A stretch of DNA of 64,000 bases. Origin: Candidatus Omnitrophota bacterium. Its GTDB lineage: Bacteria > Omnitrophota > Gorgyraeia > S143-82. Position numbers and translations under genes: made by a program. This document shows, piece after piece, positions 1-8,878 of this stretch. Position 1 is the first letter of the stretch; each line of letters opens with the position of its first letter. The notes beneath the pieces are model-generated. The model was not told the DNA's origin. It did no database searches and was given only the letters and a program-made list of their open reading frames with translations. The DNA is taken from assembly GCA_015494465.1 (NCBI GenBank), contig WGBD01000001.1, forward strand, positions 244,477 through 308,476, in the 5' to 3' direction.

Positions 1-592
1 TGATAGTCTTAACCGCCTTTAGAAACTCTTCCATGGTCTGGGGAGGCTTCTCCGGATCCAAGCCAGCTTGTTTGAGGATGTCTTTGTTATAGACGAACTG
101 GATGGTGACCATGTCCAAAGGTACGCCGTATATCCCCGGCTTTATCCCGTACTCGTTGTCCTTGGAGAAAGAGACCGTCTTTATCGCATCCGGATAAAAC
201 CTGTGTAGCCATTCACCATCGTTTTGCTCGAAGTAAGGTGTTAGGTCCTTCACATAGCCCACCTTGATGAAGTTGGCAAAGTCCTTTTTGTCTCCCAAGA
301 CCCCAAATATGTCCGGAAGGACATTCGTTTGGGCCGAGGCGATTACCTTCTGTTTGTAGGTCTCGGTGGGCCCGAATACATCTACCTTCACCTTTATCCC
401 TGTCTCCTTAGTGAACTGCTCCGCTAGGGACTCCAAAAGATCTTCCTTATCCGAGAGCCAGTGCCACATGGTGACCACTTCGTCTTGAGGAGCCGTCTGG
501 GAAGAAGAGACTCTAGAACATCCGGAAACGAAGAAGGCCAACAAAGGGAAGAGACACATCAAGACCACACCGCGTACAAAACCCCTCTTCAT
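1..592 (-). CDS. ABC transporter extracellular solute-binding lipoprotein (family 1, sugar-type), 3' end outside window
   Basis: Manual translation from ATG 592 (SD AGGAGAGG): MKRGFVRGVVLMCLFPLLAFFVSGC (lipobox), VTMWHW, FTKETGIKVKV, LPDIF, YGVP, YNKDILKQAGLDPEKPPQT. Not in the ORF track because it is truncated. Confidence 0.85.
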   Translation of the reverse strand, partial: MKRGFVRGVVLMCLFPLLAFFVSGCSRVSSSQTAPQDEVVTMWHWLSDKEDLLESLAEQFTKETGIKVKVDVFGPTETYKQKVIASAQTNVLPDIFGVLGDKKDFANFIKVGYVKDLTPYFEQNDGEWLHRFYPDAIKTVSFSKDNEYGIKPGIYGVPLDMVTIQFVYNKDILKQAGLDPEKPPQTMEEFLKAVKTI

Positions 593-641
593 AGACCTCT
601 CCTTTGCTTGAGATTGCGATGTCCAACTATATAGTGAAACT

Positions 642-671
642 ACTTTACCACAGGTACGATTGGCGTGTCAA
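642..671 (-). promoter_or_regulatory. sigma70-type promoter for the solute-binding protein gene
   Basis: Minus strand TTGACA-N18-TAAAGT with an extended -10 TG. Confidence 0.6.
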
Positions 672-687
672 TTCAGGCAAGCAGGCC

Positions 688-1449
688 CTATTCGTTAGAC
701 ACCTCCGCCCTTTCCTTCGGTGGAAGGAAGGTCTTCAGTTTTTCCTCAATCACGCGGGGATTATCACCGGATTGGATGGCCAGTATTCCGGTCATGATTA
801 TATCCATCTGGAGTCTTTCCTCCTGGGCCCTATACTTCAACTTGGCAGAGATCGGGAGGAAGATGAGGTTCGCTAAGACTGCACCGTAAAAGGTAGTAAT
901 CAAGGCCACCGCCATACTCGCACCTATACTGGAAGGATCCTGCAGGTTCCTGAGCATCTGGACCAGACCTATCAAGGTCCCTATCATACCAAAGGCAGGT
1001 GCGTAGTTGGCCATAGTGGAGAAGATTCCTGCGCCTATCTGGTGGCGCTCTTCCATCTTCTCTATCTCGGTGGTAAGCACCGCCTCTATCACCTCAGGCG
1101 GATTCCCGTCTATTGCCAATTGGAGGCCCTTCCTAAAGAAGGGGTCTTCTATGCTCTGGGATGCCTCTTCCAAGGCCAGTATCCCGTCTCTCCTGGCCCG
1201 GGTAGCGAAGTCGATAAGGGTCTTTATCACCTCGGTGTTCTTGGGCAGGTTGAAGAACATCGTCTTCATCAGGACATTGGAGATACCCAAGACCCTGTCC
1301 AGAGGATAGCTTATCAGGGTGGCAGCGATGGTTCCTCCCACGACGATGAGCATAGAAGGGACATCTATAAAGGCGGGGATAGACGAGCCCATCGCCGCCA
1401 GTATCAGGATAAATCCCAACGCCAAACCCGCTGGCGTAGTTATGTCCAT
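688..1449 (-). CDS. motA: Flagellar stator A subunit (MotA/PomA/MotP type)
   Basis: ARRDGILALE, APAFGMIGTLIGL, ALITTFYG, GILAIQSGDNPR motifs. Confidence 0.95.
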   Translation of the reverse strand: MDITTPAGLALGFILILAAMGSSIPAFIDVPSMLIVVGGTIAATLISYPLDRVLGISNVLMKTMFFNLPKNTEVIKTLIDFATRARRDGILALEEASQSIEDPFFRKGLQLAIDGNPPEVIEAVLTTEIEKMEERHQIGAGIFSTMANYAPAFGMIGTLIGLVQMLRNLQDPSSIGASMAVALITTFYGAVLANLIFLPISAKLKYRAQEERLQMDIIMTGILAIQSGDNPRVIEEKLKTFLPPKERAEVSNE

Positions 1450-1460
1450 CTATCCCCCCT

Positions 1461-1658
1461 TCAGCCCTGCCAATAGAATCCGGTGGTCAAGCGTTTATAG
1501 GTTAACACCTTCTCGACCACCTCTTCAACGCTTTCCTTCACCATCAACTTCTCGCCGTTGATGAAGGTAATTATGGTGTCCGGAGAGGCGGTGACCATCT
1601 TTATGTAGTCCGCATTGACCACCACCTTCTTACCGTTCAACAGCGTCAAGGTTATCAT
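1461..1658 (-). CDS. flbD: Flagellar FlbD family protein
   Basis: MITLTLLNG..VVNADYI....PDTIIT..NGEK..VKES; canonical position between flgE and motA. Confidence 0.9.
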   Translation of the reverse strand: MITLTLLNGKKVVVNADYIKMVTASPDTIITFINGEKLMVKESVEEVVEKVLTYKRLTTGFYWQG

Positions 1659-1672
1659 CTAATATTCAACCA

Positions 1673-3697
1673 CTATCTCTTCAGGTTTACCAGTTCCTGA
1701 AGCAACTCGTCTGAAGTGGTGATGATCCTGGAACTGGCCTGGAAGCCCCTCTGGGTGATTATCATGTCGGTGAATTCCCTTGCTAGGTCCACATTGGACA
1801 TCTCCAGAACGCCGTTGTTTATCGTTCCCCTTCCACCGGTGCCCGGCTCGCCTACCTGGGCAACACCCGAGGTCATAGACTGCTTGTAAAGGTTTTCGCC
1901 TTCCTTCAGCAGACCACCGGGGTTGCTGAAGGTGGCCAAGGCAATCTTACCCAGAAGATCGGTCAATCCGTTGGAGTATATACCGGTAATGTCCCCGGAT
2001 GCACCTATGGAGAACTTCTCCAGTATCCCCATGGGATAACCGTCCTGCTGTCTGAGGCTTATTGCGGAATCGCCCGAGAACTGGGTGAACATCGTCATGT
2101 CGGGGTTTATCATCAATGGGCTGTTGGCACCGTTGTCGAGGTCTATAGACAAGACACCAGTAGAGGTGTTGTAGGAACCGTTGGTAAGGAAGGAGATCGT
2201 CTGCATACCGTTGGAGATGTTCCTTCCTCCTAAACTGTCGTCCGCGCAATCCGCGTTCCACTTCCAGGTGTTGGGGGCAATCCGGGTGAATATCATCGTC
2301 ACCCGGTGCTCCACACCCAAGGAATCGTAGACCGTCATAGACAATGTTGCGCTCTCTCCGGTCGCGTGTTGAATAGTGCTGTAATTATTCACTGCATTGA
2401 AGTAACTGCGCTGAACGGTACCGGAGGCATTGGTAGCGGTAATGCTTATGTTGGAGAACTCGTTGCCCGAACCGATGTCTCCCGCAATCACCATCCTCCC
2501 GAGGCTATCTATACTCACACCCGGTGCGTCCGAGGTGATACCGAAGACATCCTCTATGTACTCCGCCAACTCCCCTAATGTATTAAAGTTAACGCCGACC
2601 ACCCCCGACAAGGTAGAAAGGGCTATGCCTCCCTTAAAGGCACCGATGTAGACCACATCTCCCGAGGTCAAGCCCAACGAATTCCCCTGGGCAGTCGTGA
2701 GGATAGACAGACTGTCGTTGGCGGTGGCTGCCCGTTCCATAGAGGCGCTGGTGTCACTTCCACCTCCCGAGGCAATAGTAGAGGATATGTCGTCGAAGAC
2801 ATTGTTAAACACCGTGTTCCCTGAAACCGTGATACTGAGGCTGTTAATGGTAGTGGCGCTGTTGTTGGTGATCCTGACCTGTCCGGTAGAGGTCACATCT
2901 ACAGTGACCGAGGCGCCCAACTGGGAACTCAACCAACCAGTGAGATCGCCAAGCGTGGCGTCTGCGCTCACGGTATAATTTGCATCGTGACCCACACCGT
3001 CGTTCCAGTGCAGGTGGATCACATCACCGCTGGCCAGATTCAAGGGATTGGCGGTAGGCTGATCGTCGAACAACCCGCTCAAGAGGGATGTGGCATCCGC
3101 ATATCCTGCCAGATAATAATCCGAGCGGGAGATGCTTCCTTGGGTCCCGATCTCGGCATCCGCGTTGAGGTTGCCGACTAGATAGACATTTGAGGTGGCC
3201 TGGGCCACCATCCTACTACCTATGGGGATAACTATGTCTCCCACCGGACCGCTTGTGTCCACGGTTCCATTGACTGCCTGCCACCCTTGGACCCTATAAC
3301 CATTGGAAGGGTTTATCAACACACCATTAGCGTTGATGTCAAACGACCCATCACGGGAGAAGGCAATCGTGGAACCGTTATTCAAGACGAAGAAGCCATT
3401 TCCTTGTATCGCCATGTCCGTGGGCTTACCGGTGGCCTGGAGGTTTCCTTGACTGTGGATGGTATCTATCCCCGCCACCAAGACACCCAAGCCTACCTGG
3501 GCCGGGTTGACACCACCGGTACCGGTAGCAGTTGGGGCGGTACCACCCCTTACCGTCTGGTTCAACATGTCCTTGAATGTGACCCGGCTGAACTTGAACC
3601 CGGTGGTGTTTACATTGGCGAGGTTGTTACCTATGACGTCCATCCTCGTCTGGTGGGCCCTTATACCCGAAACACCGGCAAACATCGATCGCATCAT
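1673..3697 (-). CDS. flgE: Flagellar hook protein FlgE (long form, 674 aa)
   Basis: N-terminal MDVIGNNLANVNTTGFK, GNGFF, VYDSLG.EH, C-terminal LEMSNVDLAREFTDMIITQRGFQA. Confidence 0.95.
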   Translation of the reverse strand: MMRSMFAGVSGIRAHQTRMDVIGNNLANVNTTGFKFSRVTFKDMLNQTVRGGTAPTATGTGGVNPAQVGLGVLVAGIDTIHSQGNLQATGKPTDMAIQGNGFFVLNNGSTIAFSRDGSFDINANGVLINPSNGYRVQGWQAVNGTVDTSGPVGDIVIPIGSRMVAQATSNVYLVGNLNADAEIGTQGSISRSDYYLAGYADATSLLSGLFDDQPTANPLNLASGDVIHLHWNDGVGHDANYTVSADATLGDLTGWLSSQLGASVTVDVTSTGQVRITNNSATTINSLSITVSGNTVFNNVFDDISSTIASGGGSDTSASMERAATANDSLSILTTAQGNSLGLTSGDVVYIGAFKGGIALSTLSGVVGVNFNTLGELAEYIEDVFGITSDAPGVSIDSLGRMVIAGDIGSGNEFSNISITATNASGTVQRSYFNAVNNYSTIQHATGESATLSMTVYDSLGVEHRVTMIFTRIAPNTWKWNADCADDSLGGRNISNGMQTISFLTNGSYNTSTGVLSIDLDNGANSPLMINPDMTMFTQFSGDSAISLRQQDGYPMGILEKFSIGASGDITGIYSNGLTDLLGKIALATFSNPGGLLKEGENLYKQSMTSGVAQVGEPGTGGRGTINNGVLEMSNVDLAREFTDMIITQRGFQASSRIITTSDELLQELVNLKR

Positions 3698-3704
3698 AGC
3701 GCAT

Positions 3705-3763
3705 CCCCCCTCGCAGATTACTGCGAGTAAAGGGCCTCCTCGGAGAGGGCCAGCCCTTTACTC
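3705..3763 (-). promoter_or_regulatory. Structured 5' leader of flgE (two overlapping hairpins next to the SD)
   Basis: 11-bp perfect stem 3725-3735/3753-3763 and 7-bp stem 3710-3716/3721-3727; SD GAGGGGGG at about 3705-3712. Confidence 0.55.
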
Positions 3764-3766
3764 AGA

Positions 3767-4159
3767 TCACTCCACTATCATCACCCCGTCTATATTGGTA
3801 AACACATCCTCCTTTAACCGACCCTTATCTATACAGGTAATCACCGTCCTGTCCTTCACATTCACCAGCAGTCCCACCTCCTTGTACAACAGAAGGGCCT
3901 CTTTGGAACCCTTTCTCTGCATCTTGTCCACCGCATCGGATATCTTGTTTAGATCCACCCTGTCGAAGTGTATTCCTCTCTGGGATGCCCGCTTGAGTGC
4001 ATGGCGGGAAAACTTTATCCTCTCCTGAGAGAGGACCTCCTCCAGCACATTCCTAAAATCTTGGGTAGGAGGTTTAAGCGAGGAGTGCCTCTTTATCTCC
4101 TGCCCCCGGCTTACTCCTTCCAGATTATTTGGGTTGTATATAGGAAACATCGGTCCCAT
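3767..4159 (-). CDS. Flagellar operon protein (TIGR02530 family)
   Basis: IKFSRHALKR..RGI, KGSKEALL, VNVKDRTVIT, VFTNIDG; located between flgD and flgE. Confidence 0.9.
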   Translation of the reverse strand: MGPMFPIYNPNNLEGVSRGQEIKRHSSLKPPTQDFRNVLEEVLSQERIKFSRHALKRASQRGIHFDRVDLNKISDAVDKMQRKGSKEALLLYKEVGLLVNVKDRTVITCIDKGRLKEDVFTNIDGVMIVE

Positions 4160-4160
4160 C

Positions 4161-4568
4161 TTATCCCCGCACCTCTTTTATAGTGGAGACCGCAACCGAT
4201 ACCCCCTGATCCAGATTGACCGTCACCTTGCCGTCCTCTATTCCTGCAGACACCACCAGCCCCTCCACATCCTCCCCGTCGGGGCCAACGCCCACGATCT
4301 CCTTGCCGATAAGGGAAACCGCATAGGTCCAGTTGGAGACCCGGGCCAGGGTGCCAAATCCGTGGGCTATGTTCTCCATCGCCTCCAAAGAAGAGAACTG
4401 GGCCAATTGGGCTATGAACTCCTTGTTCTCCAACGGCGCCATCGGATCCTGATAGGTAAGTTCAGTAACCAAGAGCCTGAGGAAGGCAGTCCTATCCAGC
4501 CCCGAGGACTTCATGATCTGGCTGGCATTGAGAGACCCGTCTGAACTGACTGCTGAAACGCCTGCCAT
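4161..4568 (-). CDS. flgD: Flagellar hook capping protein FlgD
   Basis: FLRLLVTELTYQDPMAP, FIAQLAQFSSLE, SLIGKEI. Confidence 0.95.
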   Translation of the reverse strand: MAGVSAVSSDGSLNASQIMKSSGLDRTAFLRLLVTELTYQDPMAPLENKEFIAQLAQFSSLEAMENIAHGFGTLARVSNWTYAVSLIGKEIVGVGPDGEDVEGLVVSAGIEDGKVTVNLDQGVSVAVSTIKEVRG

Positions 4569-4577
4569 AATCCCTCC

Positions 4578-6125
4578 CTACACTACCACATCTATTGCCT
4601 CTTGAAATATCCCCCTAAAGGAAGGACCGTCCTTTAAATCTTCTCCATCCTTCCCGTGTCGTCCGGGAAAACCTTCCCTGTGTTGAGGATTGCCCCCTCC
4701 CTGCCAGAGATCCTCCTGAGCATTCCTCGATCCTTCCATAGGGGGAAGGAGTTCTATCTTCACCTCCCCAAAACTGAGGTGATGAGAGAGGTGCTGGTGG
4801 ATAGCCTCCACATGTTCCTTCAATAGGTGGTGGGCAGAGACTTCTTCGGGAAGGATCTTTACCAACAGGTCCCCGCCCTTCATCTGGAGGTCTATCCTCA
4901 AGGAGCCCAACTCCGGTGGAAACAGCCGCAGTCTCACCCCTCCGGGTATCCTGCGCATAGAGATCAACTGATTTACCGCGGTTATCACTGCCTGCCGGGC
5001 CCTCTCCCCGGCGACCTTGTGGGTGGAATCCTCAACCCCTGAGATGATTTGAATATCTGCTCGGAGACCTCCACCCGGACCCGTTGAGACCTCTGCTTTG
5101 GTCAGGGCAGAGACATTCCCATCCAACCAACCCTTTCCCCGTTTAGGCGCCGAGGGCTCCTTTCCCTTCTCCAACCGCAGTGCCATCACGATCTTAGTTT
5201 CGTTTAGATCCCGGAGGGAATGCCCTTCCTCTATTGGGAAACGATCCAATCCCTGATCTTCTCCTTTCGACCCGGAGTGGACAGAGACCTTTTTATCCGG
5301 AACCTCCTTCACCAATACACCGACCCCCTCTTGGAACCCCTCTTTTCCCCGATGGTGTGAGAGACTCTTCCCTTCCATTTCTTCCGAATAGGGGATCCTG
5401 CTCATCCGTACCGGGTGCCGATCCTCACCTCCAAGAGGAGGAATCCCTTCCCTCTTGGCACCCCTGCCAATGTTTAGGAGATTGCTTCCCTTTTCTGTCC
5501 TTATATTCACCTTCGCCTCATCCATCCCCTTCGCTCTTCCCTCAGAATCCGTTGCCAGACCTCTCACCTTCTCCCTCAGCTCCTGGATCACCTCCTCTGC
5601 CTTCTCCTTGGACAGCCCGGCGCTAACGAGGCCCTGAAGCAAGTCCTTCTCATCCTCACCACCAGATCCTCTTACCACATCCCCCAAGGCCTGCAGGAGT
5701 TCTTCGGGGCGCAGGCCCATAGAGCGCGAGAGCATGGCAACATCTCGACGGAGATTGGAAATCCCTTCCTCATCCAATAATCCATCTTCCCCTGTCAAAA
5801 GACCATCCCCACCTTCCTCCACTCGAGGCAATACCTCCCTTAACCAAACCAAGAGGTCCAAAATACTGGCGGAGAAGCCCCCACCCTCTGTCGCGTTCCC
5901 ATCAAGATCCTCCTTTGCAGGTCTGCCCTCTGAGGTAACGACCTGTCCACTCAAGGGCAATCCATCCTGAGGCACCATCTCAGGCTTCAAGTCCTCCGAC
6001 AAGGCCTGCAGAAGTTCCATAAAGTCCCCGGGGCCCTGAGTTTCTCCCTTGCCCGCCACCTTTCCCAGAGGCAGGCCTGCCGCTTCACTACCGCTCGACA
6101 CCTGTATCAATATGTTCCCTATCAC
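4578..6125 (-). CDS. fliK: Flagellar hook-length control protein FliK
   Basis: Low-complexity N-terminus; C-terminal LRLFPPELGSLRIDL domain; upstream of flgD. Start moved to GTG 6125, which overlaps the stop of the LysM gene. Confidence 0.85.
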   Translation of the reverse strand: MIGNILIQVSSGSEAAGLPLGKVAGKGETQGPGDFMELLQALSEDLKPEMVPQDGLPLSGQVVTSEGRPAKEDLDGNATEGGGFSASILDLLVWLREVLPRVEEGGDGLLTGEDGLLDEEGISNLRRDVAMLSRSMGLRPEELLQALGDVVRGSGGEDEKDLLQGLVSAGLSKEKAEEVIQELREKVRGLATDSEGRAKGMDEAKVNIRTEKGSNLLNIGRGAKREGIPPLGGEDRHPVRMSRIPYSEEMEGKSLSHHRGKEGFQEGVGVLVKEVPDKKVSVHSGSKGEDQGLDRFPIEEGHSLRDLNETKIVMALRLEKGKEPSAPKRGKGWLDGNVSALTKAEVSTGPGGGLRADIQIISGVEDSTHKVAGERARQAVITAVNQLISMRRIPGGVRLRLFPPELGSLRIDLQMKGGDLLVKILPEEVSAHHLLKEHVEAIHQHLSHHLSFGEVKIELLPPMEGSRNAQEDLWQGGGNPQHREGFPGRHGKDGEDLKDGPSFRGIFQEAIDVVV

Positions 6126-6592
6126 TACCTTAACCTCGGTATTATCAATATCTGTCCCGGATATATCGTGTGGGGGTCGTCTATCACATCCCGATTGGCG
6201 GTGTATATCGTCTCCCACTTGCTGGGATCTCCGTAGACCTCGTCCTTGCCGGATATCTTCCACAGACAATCACCCTCCTTCACCACATAGATGTCAAAGT
6301 CCCTGCGGAAGTAGAGCCTGTGCCTCATCTTCTCCATCGTGGCTATCTTCGTCTCCAACACCGCCAACTCCAACCGCCTCTTGTTTATGGTCTCCTCCAG
6401 TTTCTTAAGTTCCTTTTCCTTCTTCTCTATGTCCATCTTCAACAGGTGCAACTTCTCGAGGTACGGTTCCAACCGTTCCTTTGCCGGACCGGTGTAGATG
6501 TATCCACCGCTCCGCCTCTCTGCGGAGTTCCCCACCTCATTAACTGCAACAACTATGCCAAACACCACCAGCGCCAAGACAAATCCCCTCAT
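6125..6592 (-). CDS. Signal/anchor + coiled-coil + LysM peptidoglycan-binding protein
   Basis: C-terminal YVVKEGDCLWKIS...W..IY.ANRD.I.DP..IYPGQILIIP. Confidence 0.9.
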   Translation of the reverse strand: MRGFVLALVVFGIVVAVNEVGNSAERRSGGYIYTGPAKERLEPYLEKLHLLKMDIEKKEKELKKLEETINKRRLELAVLETKIATMEKMRHRLYFRRDFDIYVVKEGDCLWKISGKDEVYGDPSKWETIYTANRDVIDDPHTIYPGQILIIPRLR

Positions 6593-7155
6593 TTTACCTT
6601 GCCCTCCTTGAGCAATCTGGTTATCTCTATCGCCTTATCCGCCGGCAAGGCAGACATTACCTTGCTTGCCTGCCGATTGCCCATGCGGGAGATAATCTGG
6701 GCCACCGTAGCGCTATCCATCTCCTTGAATATGCGGGCCACCGCCTCAGGCTTCATCCCACCGTACAACTTGGCAAGATAGCGCAGGCGCTCCTCTTCGC
6801 TCTGTTCGGGGGTACTACCCTTTTCCTCCTCCTTGCCCTCTTGGGGTCCCAGTTTACCCAAGACCTCGTTCATCTGCCTGAGGAAGGCCTCCTTCTCCTT
6901 GTTGAGACTCTCCTGCTGTATCTTCAGACGCTCTTCCAGTTCCTTCAACTCCCTCTCCTTGGCCATTAATTCCTTCTGCATACGCTGGATATCCTCGGGA
7001 ACCACCTGAGGGGCGGAGGAACCTTCGGGATTTATCACTATCTTACCCGTCTTTATCCCGTAGGCTATCACCGCCACCAGGCCCAATACCACGATAAGGA
7101 GTATCACCACCAGTATCGTCTGGCCCTTAGTACTTCCGGTAGCGCTGTAACGCAT
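6589..7155 (-). CDS. MotE/FlbB/YlxF-like protein (TM + coiled coil + MgtE_N-like domain)
   Basis: LAKLYGGMKPEAVARIF..MD..V..I..M..R.ASKVM; position after fliJ. Confidence 0.8.
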   Translation of the reverse strand: MRYSATGSTKGQTILVVILLIVVLGLVAVIAYGIKTGKIVINPEGSSAPQVVPEDIQRMQKELMAKERELKELEERLKIQQESLNKEKEAFLRQMNEVLGKLGPQEGKEEEKGSTPEQSEEERLRYLAKLYGGMKPEAVARIFKEMDSATVAQIISRMGNRQASKVMSALPADKAIEITRLLKEGKVK

Positions 7156-7564
7156 TTTCCTCCAACTCCTTTCGTTCCAGAGCCACCTCCCGGGAAAGCA
7201 GTTCCAATCTTGCCTTGCTCTCCAACTTCTCGCTGATGTCCTTCTCCACCTTCCTCTCCAGCATCTCTTTTCTGGCCAACTCTATCCGCTCCAACAGACC
7301 CTCCCTCTCCCGATGGAGACGGGATAAGACATCTTCCACATAGACCAGATAACCGTAGGCAAACCGAAGATCATCCCCGTCGTACTCCGGGGCGAGTTTT
7401 ATCTGGCGTATCTTCCCTATCACCTCAGCCCGAACGCGGAGATAGGCCTCTATCTCCCCTTCAAGTCGGCCGAGTTCGTTAAGCAGACCCGCATAGACCA
7501 TCTGGGCCTGCTCCAGTTCGAACTCCCTCAACCTCTTTATGCGCCTTATCCGTTCCAGATTCAC
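7127..7564 (-). CDS. fliJ: Flagellar export protein FliJ
   Basis: 145-aa coiled coil directly after fliI; C-terminal ERKELEE.A resembles the EQK.LDE motif. Confidence 0.8.
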   Translation of the reverse strand: MNLERIRRIKRLREFELEQAQMVYAGLLNELGRLEGEIEAYLRVRAEVIGKIRQIKLAPEYDGDDLRFAYGYLVYVEDVLSRLHREREGLLERIELARKEMLERKVEKDISEKLESKARLELLSREVALERKELEENALQRYRKY

Positions 7565-8868
7565 AGATTACCTACCAAATCCTGCATAAGGGCAAGGGTC
7601 TGGGAAAACTCCACCCGCTCCTCAACCGCCTGTCTGAGGAACTCGTTTATGCGGTCTATCATGTCTATCGCCTGATCTATCTTGGGAGAACTGCCCCGCT
7701 TGTAGGCCCCTATGTTTATAAGATCTTCCGCAGACCGGTAAACCGCCAGTATCTCCCGCATGCGCTGGGCCAGACGCTGGTGTTCGGGGCTGGTCACCTC
7801 CATCATAAGCCTGCTCACGCTATAAAGGACATCCACTGCAGGATAGTGACCCCTCGAGGCCAGATCCCGGGACAGGACTATGTGCCCGTCCAATATAGAC
7901 CTCACCGCATCCGCGATGGGGTCGTTCATGTCGTCGGACTCCACCAATACGGTGTAGAAGGCGGTGATGCTCCCCACCTCGTCCGTCCCTGCCCGTTCCA
8001 ACAGCTTTGGCAGGAGGGCAAACACCGAAGGGGTATATCCGCGGGTCGTAGGGGGCTCCCCTACCGCCAGACCGACCTCCCTCTGGGCCATGGCCAGACG
8101 GGTAATAGAATCAAGGAGCAGGACCACATCCTTGCCCAAGGAGCGAAAGTACTCCGCTATCGCTGAGGCCACGAAGGCTGCGTTTATCCGCACCAGTGCG
8201 GGTTCGTCGCTGGTCGCCACCACCAATACGCTGCGCTCCATCCCCGACCTGCCCAGATCCCGCTCGATAAACTCCTTTACCTCCCTGCCCCTCTCACCTA
8301 TCAGGGCAATCACATTCACCTCTCCCAGACCGTGGCGGGCAATCATACCCAAAAAGGTGCTCTTCCCCACCCCGCTCCCCGAGAATATCCCCATCCTCTG
8401 CCCCTTACCGCAGGTAATCAGCCCGTCCACCGCCTTTATCCCGGTAGGGAAACACTCCTTTATCCGCTTGCGCTTGAGGGGATTGGGAGCGCGGTTAAAC
8501 ACCGGATACTTAGTGGTTCCGGTCAGTGGTCCCTTCTCGTCTATCGGCCTGCCCAACCCATCCAGGACCCTGCCGAGGAGACCCATCCCCACATCCACAT
8601 ACAGTTCCTCCCTACCCAACACCACCTCGTCCCCGGGCTTTATCCCCCTCACCTCCCCCAAGGGCATCAAGAGGAGCCTGTCCCCTCTAAAGCCCACCAC
8701 CTCTGCAGTGATGTCTGCCTCGCTGGTGATTATCGTGCAGAAGTCCCCTATCCGGGCGGGTGGGCTAACCGCCTCTACCACCAGACCGGTTATCCTGTCC
8801 ACATAACCGCAGAAGCGAAGCGGATCCACATCTCTTACCTTCTCAAGATAGGAGTCAAGGACAGACAT
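7561..8868 (-). CDS. fliI: Flagellum-specific export ATPase FliI
   Basis: GQRMGIFSGSGVGKST, LIGERGREV, LLDSITR.AMAQRE, GEPPTTRGY, LDGHIVLSR. Confidence 0.97.
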   Translation of the reverse strand: MSVLDSYLEKVRDVDPLRFCGYVDRITGLVVEAVSPPARIGDFCTIITSEADITAEVVGFRGDRLLLMPLGEVRGIKPGDEVVLGREELYVDVGMGLLGRVLDGLGRPIDEKGPLTGTTKYPVFNRAPNPLKRKRIKECFPTGIKAVDGLITCGKGQRMGIFSGSGVGKSTFLGMIARHGLGEVNVIALIGERGREVKEFIERDLGRSGMERSVLVVATSDEPALVRINAAFVASAIAEYFRSLGKDVVLLLDSITRLAMAQREVGLAVGEPPTTRGYTPSVFALLPKLLERAGTDEVGSITAFYTVLVESDDMNDPIADAVRSILDGHIVLSRDLASRGHYPAVDVLYSVSRLMMEVTSPEHQRLAQRMREILAVYRSAEDLINIGAYKRGSSPKIDQAIDMIDRINEFLRQAVEERVEFSQTLALMQDLVGNL

Positions 8869-8878
8869 ATCCCCCCTC

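Noticed and set aside
6126-6269. N-terminal extension of the FliK ORF
   Set aside because: Overlaps the LysM domain coding region in another frame; GTG 6125 with coupling is more plausible.
7964-8806. 280-aa plus-strand ORF
   Set aside because: Antisense shadow of the highly conserved fliI.
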